A stretch of 24,348 nt of DNA from contig CAXIUT010000069.1 in assembly GCA_964035545.1 (NCBI GenBank), forward strand, positions 23,264 through 47,611, read 5' to 3'. The position numbers and the translations under genes were made by a program. The stretch comes from Bugula neritina (taxonomy: Eukaryota > Animalia > Bryozoa). Below, piece by piece: positions 1-11,292 of the stretch. The notes below the pieces were generated by a model. The model was not told where the DNA came from and did not search any database. It was given only the letters and a program-made list of their open reading frames with translations. The stretch's first letter is position 1, and each line of letters begins with the position of its first letter.

Positions 1-72
1 CCCAACCCCAACCCCAACCCCAACCCCAACCCCAATCCCCCAACCCCAACCCCAACCCCAACCCCAAACCCC
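1..72. repeat. Left telomere, (CCCCAA)n
   Basis: About 12 CCCCAA units at the window start with a few variant units. C4A2 is the Tetrahymena-type ciliate telomere repeat. Confidence 0.97.
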
Positions 73-270
73 TTTAAAAGTTATTTAAAAGTTTATAAGC
101 TATTAGTTTAGTTATTGAATATTTATAAGCTATTAGTTGTTATTTATTTAAATTAGATTAAATGATTTCTAACAAATATTTAAAGTGATATATATTTGCA
201 TCGGCTATATATTGATGTGTTGGATGTTATAGGTTCTAGTGATAATAAATTCAATTGATATAATAAATAT

Positions 271-2959
271 ATGAACTTGAAACAATTTAACGCCAAACAT
301 GCTTAACGTTGGTTATAGAAGTTAAAAACTTAGAACATGCAGTCATATAAAGACATAACTAAATTTTTAAGAAAATACTAAAGAACATAAGATGAATATG
401 ATTGTTACATTAAATGAGTCATACGCTACTAGCTCATACAGAACTTACCAAATAAATCAACTACTTTCTAGAAGATGGTAACAAATTTATAGTTACCAGA
501 CCTTAAGATTAAAAACTAAGAGATTTCATGAGCTATGTTAAAAAAAATAGACCAGAAATATTCAACAAAATCATAGAGATGATTCAAACATTAAATAAAT
601 CAAAAGGATAAGGCAATACCTAAGTCAATAACTCATACATCCTAAATTAAGATAGATAGTCACTGGAGACTAATAATTGTAAAAACTAACTGAAGAAGTG
701 TTGGACACCTCTGATTAATAACTAATAAAAAGAAAAAACCTAGAACATCTTAAAGTAGTCAGGTCTTTTGTTCCTCTACCAGACGACCATAAAGATATGC
801 CGCCCAGTGATAGTGTGAATCAATAAAAGAAAAAACTACTAAAGATCAATTAGAAAATAGATATCTTGCCATTGCCTGATCAAAGAATCAGACTACCGAT
901 CATACTACCCAGCAATTTTACATGCATAGACTAATAAAGGACAGCATTGAAAAGAATATAAAAGACAAGAGATGATAGGTTTAACAATGGTTTAAAAAAT
1001 TAATAAAAATATATACGATGAATCTAATAACAAAACAGTAGATCTTTAGCATGCTAGAATAGATGGAGTTAGAAGATACTCATCTTGATAATTTGAAGTA
1101 GATATTGTAGTCCAGATAGATGGATAGAAGGAAGACAAGTTGTTTTAAACCCTTGGGTGATATCAATTTTAGTGCCTATGAGAGAGCCTCTCCTAGTTAC
1201 GTGAGGATGCCTTTTTTTTATCCAGTAAAAAGCTCATCTAAGACTATGTAGATAAAATAGCTAACTAACGATAGATGGATATCTGTGCCTTATGGTTCAG
1301 AATAGAACTAGAATTTTAGCGTAAGAAATAAAAATGCTAATGAAATAAACCTCCTCAAAGCATAAGATTAAAGGTACTAGTTCGATCTCTATATCAATAA
1401 ATTAAAACCACCATCTCTCTCCTCCACAAGTATCTTATGCCTAATAACAATGATAATTAAGCGCAAAGGAAGAAATACTTAAAGAAAGCACTTGAACTGG
1501 GTATAGTACAGATAGTGTATAGAACTGTAGAGATGAACAAAAATAAGAATTATAATATTTTATTAACGAATATACAGTATAAACTAGCAAAATATTAAAA
1601 ATGAGATTATAGATTTAGTTGAATGAGTTGCTAGATATCAGGTCTGGCCATGCGATTCGATCGTGAATTAGACCTCAGTTAAAAACTTTTATAAGGCTCT
1701 TGATGTGAAGGGGTTTTAGTTTAAGAGAAATGAGAAAGAGAAAATGAAGAATGTAATATTTATATCATAATTGTCTTAAAGAAATAAGATACTCACCAAT
1801 GGAGGATAGATTAAGCCCACTACTCTAAGTCTATTTTCATAAAAAAAATAATTCTTTTCCATTTTGAATTCATTCCAAAATAGTTCTAAGAACATAAAGG
1901 TGTCATCATAGAACACTGCAACTATTTAAAATATGACCTCAAAAACATCAATAGAAGACACCTCTATCGATAGTCATCATGGCCTTTTAAGACAAACTAA
2001 CTTGCTAAAATCTATACTCCATTCTTATCTTTTACATTGACAATGCTCAACTAACCTAAACTTAAAAAGTAAGAAGCAAAATCTTTTTATAGCAGTATTG
2101 GTTGGCTATCTCGCTGAAAAGCCCTCTTAGAAAAGTAGTTAATTAACATTTTAATGAGGACTTATTCTATCAAAAAATAAACAATCACAATATCAATTTC
2201 AAACCCAGAGAAATGTTTGACTTCAGAGAGATAGCCTACCTACTCCCGTCCCTATGACCATAAAAGAACAGAGGACGATAAATTAAAAAGACAATAAAGA
2301 TAACACTAGATTAGTAATCACCCAGAGGCTACTATCCTATCAAAGACAGTGACAGAAAGGTGCTATATTGTTCTTAGTTAGTTTACTGTTTAACAGATAT
2401 CTCTACTCTATTATGAAAGAATGATAAGAGATGAAAGAAATGGTGAGTGTCTAGAAAACTAAACTATTTTAGTTGTTGTTTATAACTGTATTAAATAAAG
2501 TAGAGTTTAAAGTTTTAATAGAACATGAATAGTCTCTTTGGCAAATCATCTTATCTCTTCACACATTTATAAACTGTTTGACGGATTAGTAAAAAACAAC
2601 TGCTAGTAGTTCAAACTGCCTCTAACCACCAAGGATTCAAACTACAGTAGTAAACCAATGACGACCTCTACCTCTGATGGTAAATCGATTTGTTAGCAAA
2701 CAATTTAACATCCACTAAGATAATCAGATTAACTTTATAGTCTGACCTTCTTAGAAACTATTTCGACAGTTACTACAAGTCATAAGATAGCAAAGATATG
2801 TCAAAGAAGAGAGCAGAGTTATCAAAGGAGTCTAGTGTATACAACTGATGACTATGGCTAGTAGGTCATAAAAAAATAAGAAGTAAGATGTTTATATCAA
2901 AAACTAAGTGTAGTACTATTTCGATAGTAACATTCGATGATGAATCGAGGAATGAATGA
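271..2959 (+). CDS. SIN3: Sin3-like paired amphipathic helix (PAH) corepressor; reading frame interrupted by multiple apparent 1-nt deletions; 3' end approximate
   Basis: With TAR=Glu: PAH-like segment (LLAHTELTKEINYFL), HDAC-interaction domain (SPSYVRMP..YP..NDRWISVPYGSE..KNANE..AEDERYEFD, about 1190-1390), KNFYKALD..FKRNEK at 1681, and a Sin3 C-terminal-like RYLYSIYER near 2395-2420. Continuity needs one base added at each of about 402, 618, 997, 1405, 1523, 1665 and further sites downstream. Confidence 0.85.
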
Positions 2960-3111
2960 AGATATTAGTGGCATAAATAAATTAATAAATAAAATGATAA
3001 ATAAATTGATAAAGAACTGAGAAAAGTACAAAAACTGTTGAGAAAACACAATGATTATAGCCAGATAATAACATTATTATTTATTGTTGTTTTATTGATA
3101 ATATTATTTAA

Positions 3112-3828
3112 ATGGGACAGGAAGAAGGAAAAGTTAATGAAAATAACAGAATTTCTAACAACCATAGCTAAATGGATCCAGAAGAAGAGGTATCTTCAGA
3201 GACAGCAACTCAAATAGAAACAGCCATTCGAAACCATCATAAATCAAACATTCATAAACTAATACTCCCATCAAACCCTTCTACGAACAACCATCAGAAA
3301 CCAGTATACCCACAACAACCAGCAGAACCAGCACATCAACTACCAGCAGAACCAGCACATCAACTACCAGTACACCATCAACTACCTCAACTGGATAAAC
3401 CACAAATTTACTAACAACAAGATTACTATCACCAACCTCAACCGATTGTCCACGACCACTACCAACTCCTAAAAAATGACCAGTCCCCTCTCTACAACAA
3501 AGAAGAAGTGCGCTCTCACAACCTAGATCGATCCCAAGCATTCTCCTCAGCTATGGGTCATCCAAGTGAAACTTTTTAGATTCCACCAGCTGAGAGATAT
3601 CCAACCAAAATCACCTACTTCAATGCCTGGTCTTTACCGATTCAAAAGTATTATAAGTAAGATAGAGGACCCTATCAGCCATAGGAAGAACCAGAATAGG
3701 TTAAGCCAAGAAGATAGATGAAAGAGTTTGATGCTGGAGGTTTGGAGGACTTGATGGCTGAGAAAATGAAAGAATAAATGGTTATGAATCAAAATAGAAA
3801 GAGAAGACAAAATTTGAATATGGTTTGA
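3112..3828 (+). CDS. Hypothetical protein, 238 aa, Pro/Gln/His-rich middle
   Basis: Single open frame from ATG3112 (MGQEEGK) to TGA3826-3828 when TAR=Glu. Contains a 24-nt tandem duplication encoding PAEPAHQL twice. AT-rich flanks. Confidence 0.75.
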
Positions 3829-4128
3829 TTGATAATTGATATAAAACCTATTAATAATCATATTTAGTCAAGAATAAAAGATCTAAGAAAATAATAGAAA
3901 AAAGGATGTAAGAAATTAATAGAAAAAATGATATAAAATAATATAAAAAAGGATGTAAAAAATAATAGAATAAGTGATGTATTATAGATACTATCATTTT
4001 TTCTTTGATTAATTCTTTTTTATTAATATTATTTTTCATAAATATATTATTATCAGAGGTATTATCTATGATATAATATGAAACAGTTATAATGGAATCA
4101 GTTCTATATTTAAACTTATATATATTTA

Positions 4129-7100
4129 ATGGAGTGCTTGTCGAAAGTTTATAAATGCATCTGTTGCATCTAAGATCCAATCTTTCCAGACCCTTACAAC
4201 TTTTCCTTTGGCACTTAGCAACACAGATAATAAAACAAACTACTTTTCTAGTCCAACTTCGTCAGAACATCAAAGTACAGATGGTACGATTTCTTTCCAA
4301 GTATTCATTCTTACATTTAGAATCAATGATCCTTCAATTCAAGAGACTAGCCAACATCTACTTTCTTTTCATAGCCATCCTACAAACCATTCCAATGATT
4401 AGTCCACTTGGCCCCTTAACAGCTTGGACCCCTCTAACAGTCGTCCTAGCTATTTCCATCATCAGATAGGGTACTAGCAACCACATTCAGGATACTAAGA
4501 CTACCAAAGATATAAATCAGATAAAGAACTTAATCATGAACTAACCACATAAACATATAGAAATGGAGAATTTGTTCGACTGGAATGGAGTGAAGTAGTC
4601 ATAGGAGACATAGTTAGGGTATAATCATAGTAGCTATTTCCAGTTGATATGATTTTGCTATCTAGTTCTACTGAGGGAGGAACTGCATTTATAGAGACTG
4701 CTAGTCTCGACGGATAAAAAAATTTAAAACCAAGAAATGCATTTCCTGCCTCTCAAAAATATAGCAGTCTATAAAAGCTAAAGAGCCTCGAGGGGAAATG
4801 GTAAGGCATAGTACCAGATAAATAGCTACATAGTTTTTCATCAAATTTGTAACTATCAGACGGTTCAAGGATGAACTTCTATAAAGATAAGCAACTGTTG
4901 TATCGAGGGGCTCGACTAAAAAACACAAAGCAAATATATGGTTTATGTATATATACGGGCAAGAATACAAAAATAATGATGAACTCTGATAGTTCATCCT
5001 AGAAGATGTCTCAGATCTAAGTGAAAGTCAATAGAATACTAGGAATCATTTTATTAATCCAACTCTCTCTCTGTCTAATCATAGCTATTCTAGCCGGAGT
5101 ATTCATCAGCAACAACAAAGACACACACACCTATATCCAATTTAGCTAGTATTCGGTAGGTTTAGACTCTTTTTTGTTATTTTGTTCTTACTTTGTCCTC
5201 ATCAACACTATGATACCCATTTCGCTGATAGTATCGATAGAGATAGTAAAGATATCGCAGAGTTATTTTATAGATAAGGATAGGCTAATGTATAGCTAGT
5301 TTAGAAGAAAGTCAGCCAGTGTAAAATCAGCATCACTCAATTAATAATTGGGACAAATATAGTATATATTTACAGATAAAACAGGAACTCTAACCATGAA
5401 TCTTATGGAATTCAAAATAGCCGTTATCGGTAATAAACTTTATGGCGATATTGGATTAGTTATCAAAGATCCTAATCGACCTCCACAGGAATTCAAAGGA
5501 TTCCAAGATATATAGCTATAAAACCTCATCAATAAAGGAACCAACAACTTCGCTGTCAATGATGTCATGGTTAAGGATAGATAAGGAAAACAAGTTATCA
5601 GATATTCCCATATTAAATAGCTAGCATAATAGTATTTAACTATTCTAGGACTAGCCCATTAAGTGGTGGCTTAGACTGACAAGATGGGTAAGAAGTTTTA
5701 TCAAGGGCCATCACCAGATGAGATAACGTTAGTGGATGCAGCTAGATAGATGGGATATTAATTCGACATGGCAACTCAGTCAACAACTCAAATTATTGTA
5801 AAGGGATAGCCTAAGAAATATGAGTTACTAGAGGTGTTTCCTTTTAATTCTGATCGCAAGAGGATGTCGATCATAATAAGATCGAATAATATGATAAAAT
5901 TATATACAAAAGGAGCAGATAGTATAATAAAGTCAAGGCTAGCTAGTGATAATAAATTAAATCTAGATGACTAGTTAACTAGATTTTCTAAAATAGGTCT
6001 AAGAACTTTACTTATTGGAATGAAAATCATTTCAGAACAGTAATATAGATAGTTCAAAAAAAATATAGACAATCTCCCCCAGTAAAACAAATAGTAAGGA
6101 TTCAATAAGATTGTATCAGACCTAGAACAAGGCATCTACCTTATTGGTGCCACTGCTGTCCTAGATAGACTTCAAGATTAAGTGCCCTAAACCATTAGAG
6201 ATCTCATTAGAGCAAGTAGTTGTTAAGATATTTAGAAATCAAAATATGGATGTTAACTGGAGACAAAATGGAAACTGCATAAAATATAGGTAAAATTGAT
6301 AAAACATAGGTAAAAGTTGTAATTTAATCCAATCCCATTTCTAAATACTAAGGTACACTAACAAAGACAGGTCAGCCATCAGAACAGAATTACAAAAGTT
6401 AACCAATAGAGCCCTAGAACTCAATAACTAGGGAAAGTCAAAAGCACTACTCATCGAAGGGTAAGACCTTACGCCCATCATTGGAACCTAAAGCAATTAA
6501 ATATAATTATCAAATCTAGCTAAATATTGTGACACTGTCGTTTGCTGTCGACTACTGCCCATACAAAAAGCATAAGTTGTTAGAATTGTTAGAACCCATC
6601 TCAATAAAATTACTTTGAGCATCGGAGATGGAGCCAATGATGTTCCCATGATCAAAACAGCACACATGGGCATTGGACTGTTCGGAGAGGAAGGGATGGG
6701 AGCAGTTCAAGCCAGTGACTACGCTCTACCTTAATTCCGAATGCTCTGGAGGTTGTTGTTAGTACATGGCAGATGGAATTATATAAGAATCGCATAGATG
6801 ATTCTTTACTTTTTCTATAAAAATATGCTTTTTACTATCCCTCAGTTCATCTTTGCTTTCTACTGCGCCTTTTCAGGACAAACTGTCTTCGACGACCTCT
6901 ATATCGCCGGCTACAACCTTTTGTTCACTTCTTTGCCTTTAGTAATCCGAGCAATCTTCTAGCAAGACATCTATTTCGTGCGTCCATCAAATAAGCCAGA
7001 ACAAGTATCGGATGAACAGACAATGACAAAAATAGTGAAGCCTCACGTTTTAGAATCAACGATGTCAAGATACCTTCCCAAGTAGTTCTAAGTCAATAAA

Positions 7101-7711
7101 TATATGTACCGTTTGTTTCCTAAAATTTATTTTATCGGACAATAAAACGCCATTTTCAACTACACCAACTTCTTCCTCTGGATATTGTAAGCAGTAGTTG
7201 AGTCAACTCTCATCACTCTCTTCTCAATCTACATATTCAGCAAAGCATCTCTCAACGAAGAGGGAAAAACCAATAACCTTTGGGTCTCAAGCGTCACAAT
7301 GTACCTCACTAAGTATTCAGATTTACAGCTATAATACTAGTAGTTACCTTCAAGTTGGCTACACATACTAAATTTTGGTCGAAGATGTTGATCATCTCCA
7401 TCATATTCTTTTCTTTGGGCCTCTATATCGCATGGATGTGGATATCCAACTACGTTTTCACATAATACCTCAAAGGAACTATCAGCATCTTCTTTAGCAA
7501 TGCATAGCCCTTCTTTGTTGTTATTTTTTGTTGTGTCGTAGTTCTTTTCATTGATGGGTTTGTTGTCTCTGTTGACTTCAATCGAGGTGGCTATGCTAGT
7601 CGGATGAGAAGATTAGTCTAAAGCTAGCTAGAACATAATAAAAAAGCTTTCTAGGAAGAAAGCATCAGATAGTCTGATCTTGTTACCTATAATCTCAACA
7701 GAGATAGCTGA
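4129..7711 (+). CDS. P4-type ATPase (phospholipid flippase), about 1160 aa, 5 introns
   Basis: Motifs [51 protein letters not shown] (DKTGT at 5375), [44 protein letters not shown]. Removing five 20-nt introns leaves 3483 nt (1161 codons) ending in TGA. An in-frame ATG also exists at 4078. Confidence 0.97.
4301..4320 (+). other. 20-nt spliceosomal intron (P4-ATPase intron 1)
   Basis: GTATTCATTCTTACATTTAG; removal joins [10 protein letters not shown] to [12 protein letters not shown]. Confidence 0.92.
4471..4490 (+). other. 20-nt intron (P4-ATPase intron 2)
   Basis: GTACTAGCAACCACATTCAG; removal gives the conserved [14 protein letters not shown]. Confidence 0.92.
6216..6235 (+). other. 20-nt intron (P4-ATPase intron 3)
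   Basis: GTAGTTGTTAAGATATTTAG; removal gives [15 protein letters not shown]. Confidence 0.92.
6290..6309 (+). other. 20-nt intron (P4-ATPase intron 4)
   Basis: GTAAAATTGATAAAACATAG; removal gives [13 protein letters not shown]. Confidence 0.92.
7301..7320 (+). other. 20-nt intron (P4-ATPase intron 5)
   Basis: GTACCTCACTAAGTATTCAG; removal gives [19 protein letters not shown]. Confidence 0.88.
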
Positions 7712-7855
7712 ATAATCTTGATAAATATTCTTTTACCTATTTATTTTTTATTTTGATCTCTTATTATTAAATAGGTAAATAAAATGGGTTAATAAAATAG
7801 GTAAATAAAATATTAAGCGATAAGAACAACTGTTGGTGATAATAAGGAAAATAGA

Positions 7856-8497
7856 TCATTTTTTGATGATTTTCGAAGTAGCTAGTATTTCCTTATTAAT
7901 CATGAGCATGCTTTCTTCCAAAAATCCATATTTAACAGAAAAGCAGCTAAACCTCTAGCAGAGATGCATATCTTTTTAAAACTCCTCGTAAACTTCTCTA
8001 TGATAGTAATAAGTATGTACGAACAACCGATACAACCTTCTAACTATTGTATCCAAACTTTTGGTTTAATTGATACTAACTCTACTGCTAAAATTTTTAA
8101 TATTCAATAGAATGGAGGTAGCCTGATCCAAATTATGCACCATATAGTTTATAGCACTGCAGTTGACTGCTGTCTTATGAGCAGCACACAAAAATTATGA
8201 TTAGTTACCGCCCTTCATCGATGGACAACTATCAGAAGTGCATAGATCTTTTAAAGAAGTGGCCAAAAGGTTCAACTATAAAACAAATTGACGAATATGC
8301 TAGTACTTCCAGATGTTTAAATCAATATTCGCAGGCTTTTATACTATCTTTTAGATGTTAGAAGAATCATTGCGAATCAACTACTGAATATACTACTGCA
8401 CAGCTAAAGGACCAGTCATCTTCTTTATATCCTACACCTACCAGCACCACAACTAACTATTCTTACTACCCATCCTGTTCCTTCGAGGATTCTGCAT
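7856..8497 (-). CDS. MOB4: MOB4/phocein (MOB kinase activator family, STRIPAK component), 213 aa
   Basis: Translation RRNRMGSK..LAVQEYIQELIR..WKYEHIRQFVLELN..FLCAAHKT..FSSRVSI..RRLYRLFVHTYYYH matches the phocein consensus. 642 nt, intronless, ends in TGA. Confidence 0.95.
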
Positions 8498-8577
8498 TTA
8501 AATACTATAACTATATAACCATCCATCTATCTTGTCAAATCCAATCAAAAAGTAGCTTATCAAATGATATGGTAGTT

Positions 8578-8888
8578 AATCAAAAAGATTGTTAGTAATC
8601 AAAAGGATGATAGTAATCAAAAGGATGTTAGTATCAAAAGGATGTTAGTATCAAAAGGATGTTAGTATCAAAAGGATGTTAGTATCAAAAGGATGTTAGT
8701 ATCAGATGATATGGATGGTTTATCAGATGATATGGATGGTTTATAAGATGATATGAATGGTAGTATCAGATGATATGAATGATAATCAATCAGATGATAT
8801 GAATGATAATCAATCAGATGATATGAATAGTAGTCAGTCAGATGATATGAGTGGTAGTCAGTCAGATGATATGAATGATAGTTAATCA
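8578..8888. repeat. Compound intergenic minisatellite (17-bp unit, then 21-24-bp unit)
   Basis: Five perfect ATCAAAAGGATGTTAGT copies at 8616-8700, preceded by two degenerate copies. Then about 8 degenerate copies of a TCAGATGATATG-containing unit up to 8888. Confidence 0.9.
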
Positions 8889-10105
8889 GGATGCCCGTTC
8901 TGTTCTTTTTTCAAAATCTCCTGTTTCGAAGTCAGTCATTCTCGATGCCATGCTCCACTTGGCATATGTGGGTTTGTCAAATGGACAGTTTGATTTACCA
9001 TTCAATGGAATTTGTAACTTACTAATTGCCTTCAAACTAGTCTCTTTAAGAATAGCCAGTTCTCCTTAAAGATTCTTGTTCACTCTTTATACATTTTCTT
9101 GATGCTTCTGACAGACCTTCATATCACCAGCTAATTTCTAGTTCACTTAGTTGATTTAGTTATTTTTTCCCAAAATGAAAGATATTTCTGAACTAGCCTC
9201 TTTCAAGTGGTTATCCAGTCGACAAGATTCTTGTTTTTTCTGTTCCCACTGTTCGTGTAAAGCTCTCCATTTTTATTTCTATGCAGCCAGCATCTTGGCT
9301 TTCTCACGAGTTTAGTTTTCAATTTTTCGTTTTTACAACTCTTTGTTAGCAATAGCGAATTGCCACTCCTGACAATCTTTCTCTTTCTAGCTAATCTAAT
9401 TGTCATTAATGGCAATAATAGCAGATAGTTCTGATATACCAGAATCTAGTTGTGCATTTTAATCTTCAATTTTAGACAGAGTTTCATTCAAATTAGTCTC
9501 TTCTCTTAGGAGTCCACGGATATAACTCTGAGTCTTAAAACATTTCTAGTTTATCAAATCACTTTGACCCCGAATTGCACTATTTTCTTTTCTACTTTTC
9601 TACACCTATTCTCTCAACTGTCCGATTACTATTCTTGTTCTTTCTTCTTAGAGTTTTAAAACATCGCTAAGGTTTTTTTGTTCTTGGAGTTTAATTTTAA
9701 TTTCTGTGGCTTAGTCTTCTTTTTTATTGGAAAAATCAATCAATTCTTGAGTTTGTAGTCTTCCTTCTTTAAGCATTTGAGCTCTAAGTCTCGTTTCTTG
9801 GATAAGATGTTCTGATTGAATTCTTAATTAATGAACACTTCTAACAGATAGTTCAAGTCTTTCTTCATTGTTTGAAACATTAGCTTCCTAAATAAGATAC
9901 TAGGTACCTGATCTCTCATGAGAGCTTCATATTTGAAGCGTATTCTAGTCAACTCTTACTTGACTCTATCATACTTCTCTTGATTATTTCTCAATTTGTC
10001 TAGCTAGGATTGAAGAGAAACAATCATAGAATTTTTTTGATCAAGACTTGCTACAAGATCCTCACCAGCATATCTAAGTGTTGCCTTACTTGATTTTCTA
10101 ATCAT
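8886..10105 (-). CDS. Hypothetical coiled-coil protein, 399 aa, 1 intron
   Basis: ATG at 10105 to TGA at 8886; 1200 nt after removing one 20-nt intron. E/K/L-rich heptad-like sequence. Confidence 0.85.
9888..9907 (-). other. 20-nt intron
   Basis: GTACCTAGTATCTTATTTAG on the minus strand; removal restores the frame. Confidence 0.87.
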
Positions 10106-10198
10106 AATCTAAATGGAAATTATAATCCTTTCTATAGAATTCAAATTAAATATCATCAAAACAACTTTTACTAGAAATATAAATATATCACACCTTTA

Positions 10199-10262
10199 GG
10201 GGTTGGGGTTGGGGTTGGGGTTGGGGTTGGGGTTGGGGTTGGGGTTGGGGTTGGGGTTGGGG
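10199..10262. repeat. Internal telomeric tract (GGGGTT)10 GGGG
   Basis: Perfect 64-nt G4T2 array in right-telomere orientation, with unique sequence on both sides. Confidence 0.97.
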
Positions 10263-10395
10263 ATTTTTATATCAAAAGAATGATTAAGTTGGATTTGGAC
10301 TAGTTGTAATCCAAATATTAAAATATTCTTTTTCGAGAACCAACTTATCAACTTAAACAGTATAGTAAATAATATAATTGGTGGTATAATAGGAA

Positions 10396-11254
10396 ATGGC
10401 CGAGGAGAAAGACTAAAAGCAAAATATAAAAAATAATAACCCCAAAATAGGTCGACCAGCTAAGACAGATCAATAAGAACAGTTCAAAAACCACTACTTG
10501 GACAATAAAAAGAAATTTTAACTAGAATGCTAGCTTTTAGTTTACATCCACCACATTTTTTACGAATAAATACCCACTCACCCCACCAACCACCGAGTCC
10601 CAGTCCCATAACTCCTACACCTCTTCGAACTCTACAACTGCATGCACATTTATAAAACTCTCACTCGACTCAATGAACACTACTATAAAAATAGTTCTCT
10701 TTTTCCTGAGGAAAGAATGAGATATACCTCACTCATTGACATCGGCTATCTAATGCGTGAAGTTAAATTATAGCACGGACAGAAAGTCAACTCATATACT
10801 CTTATTTTGCTTGTCTTCTTCTTCTTGTTGTATCTATATCCTAAACTAGCAACTAAAAAGTAGTCAACGCTCCTTTCTACGACTACTTCATCAAAAGAGT
10901 ATAGCTGTTTAGAAATGGAATGATCAATGGCCCAGATCACTGCTAGTTCAACAAAATGGATACCCTTATCGTTGCATTGGCACTAGAGGTAGCCATTCGA
11001 GAAGGAATGCTGATTTAGGAGGAAGTCTAAGACGATGGAGAGGACGAGGAAAGGGGCAAGGACTAATACAGAGAAAATGATGTTAAAATGAAAGAAGAAG
11101 AAGAAAAACTATTGAAAAGATAAATCAAAATAGAGTATATTCGTTAATATTTAGAAGCGATGAAGATAATGAAGAAGAGGAAGAAGAAGAAGGCCATGGA
11201 ATAAAAATGGAATCAGAAGTAATCAGCCTATTAAGCAGAAGTTAGAGTTGCTGA
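10396..11254 (+). CDS. Hypothetical protein, 272 aa, acidic C-terminus, 2 introns
   Basis: ATG10396 to TGA11252-11254; 819 nt after removing introns 10830-10849 and 11135-11154. N-terminal KIGRPAK and a Glu/Asp-rich tail. Confidence 0.8.
10830..10849 (+). other. 20-nt intron
   Basis: GTATCTATATCCTAAACTAG; removal avoids the TGA at 10921 and joins into the long downstream frame. Confidence 0.85.
11135..11154 (+). other. 20-nt intron
   Basis: GTATATTCGTTAATATTTAG; removal continues the acidic tract (ESDEDNEEEE) to a TGA before the next gene. Confidence 0.8.
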
Positions 11255-11292
11255 TAAATAACATATCTATAACATATCTATATAAATAACAT

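Noticed and set aside
404-432. Possible 15-nt Stentor-like introns (404-418 or 418-432)
   Set aside because: They do not start GTA, and a 15-nt removal does not supply the frame change needed to reach the PAH-like sequence.
415-975. In-frame TGA codons in Sin3 (415, 877, 973) as Trp or readthrough, implying a code with no dedicated stop
   Set aside because: The plausible protein sequence continues in shifted frames, and single-base additions explain it. The other genes have no internal TGA and use TGG for Trp.
3921-4004. 13-bp inverted repeat AGAAAAAATGATA / TATCATTTTTTCT as element termini or a hairpin
   Set aside because: Low-complexity AT-rich sequence, with no target-site duplication or other element features.
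10190-10200. Conserved telomere-addition motif (all three junctions read A then GGGGTT on the G strand)
   Set aside because: One shared base at three AT-rich sites is not significant, and no longer shared motif is visible.
10444-10464. AT-hook (KIGRPAK) in the 10396 gene
   Set aside because: A single GRP without the canonical RGRP core is too weak to assign DNA binding.
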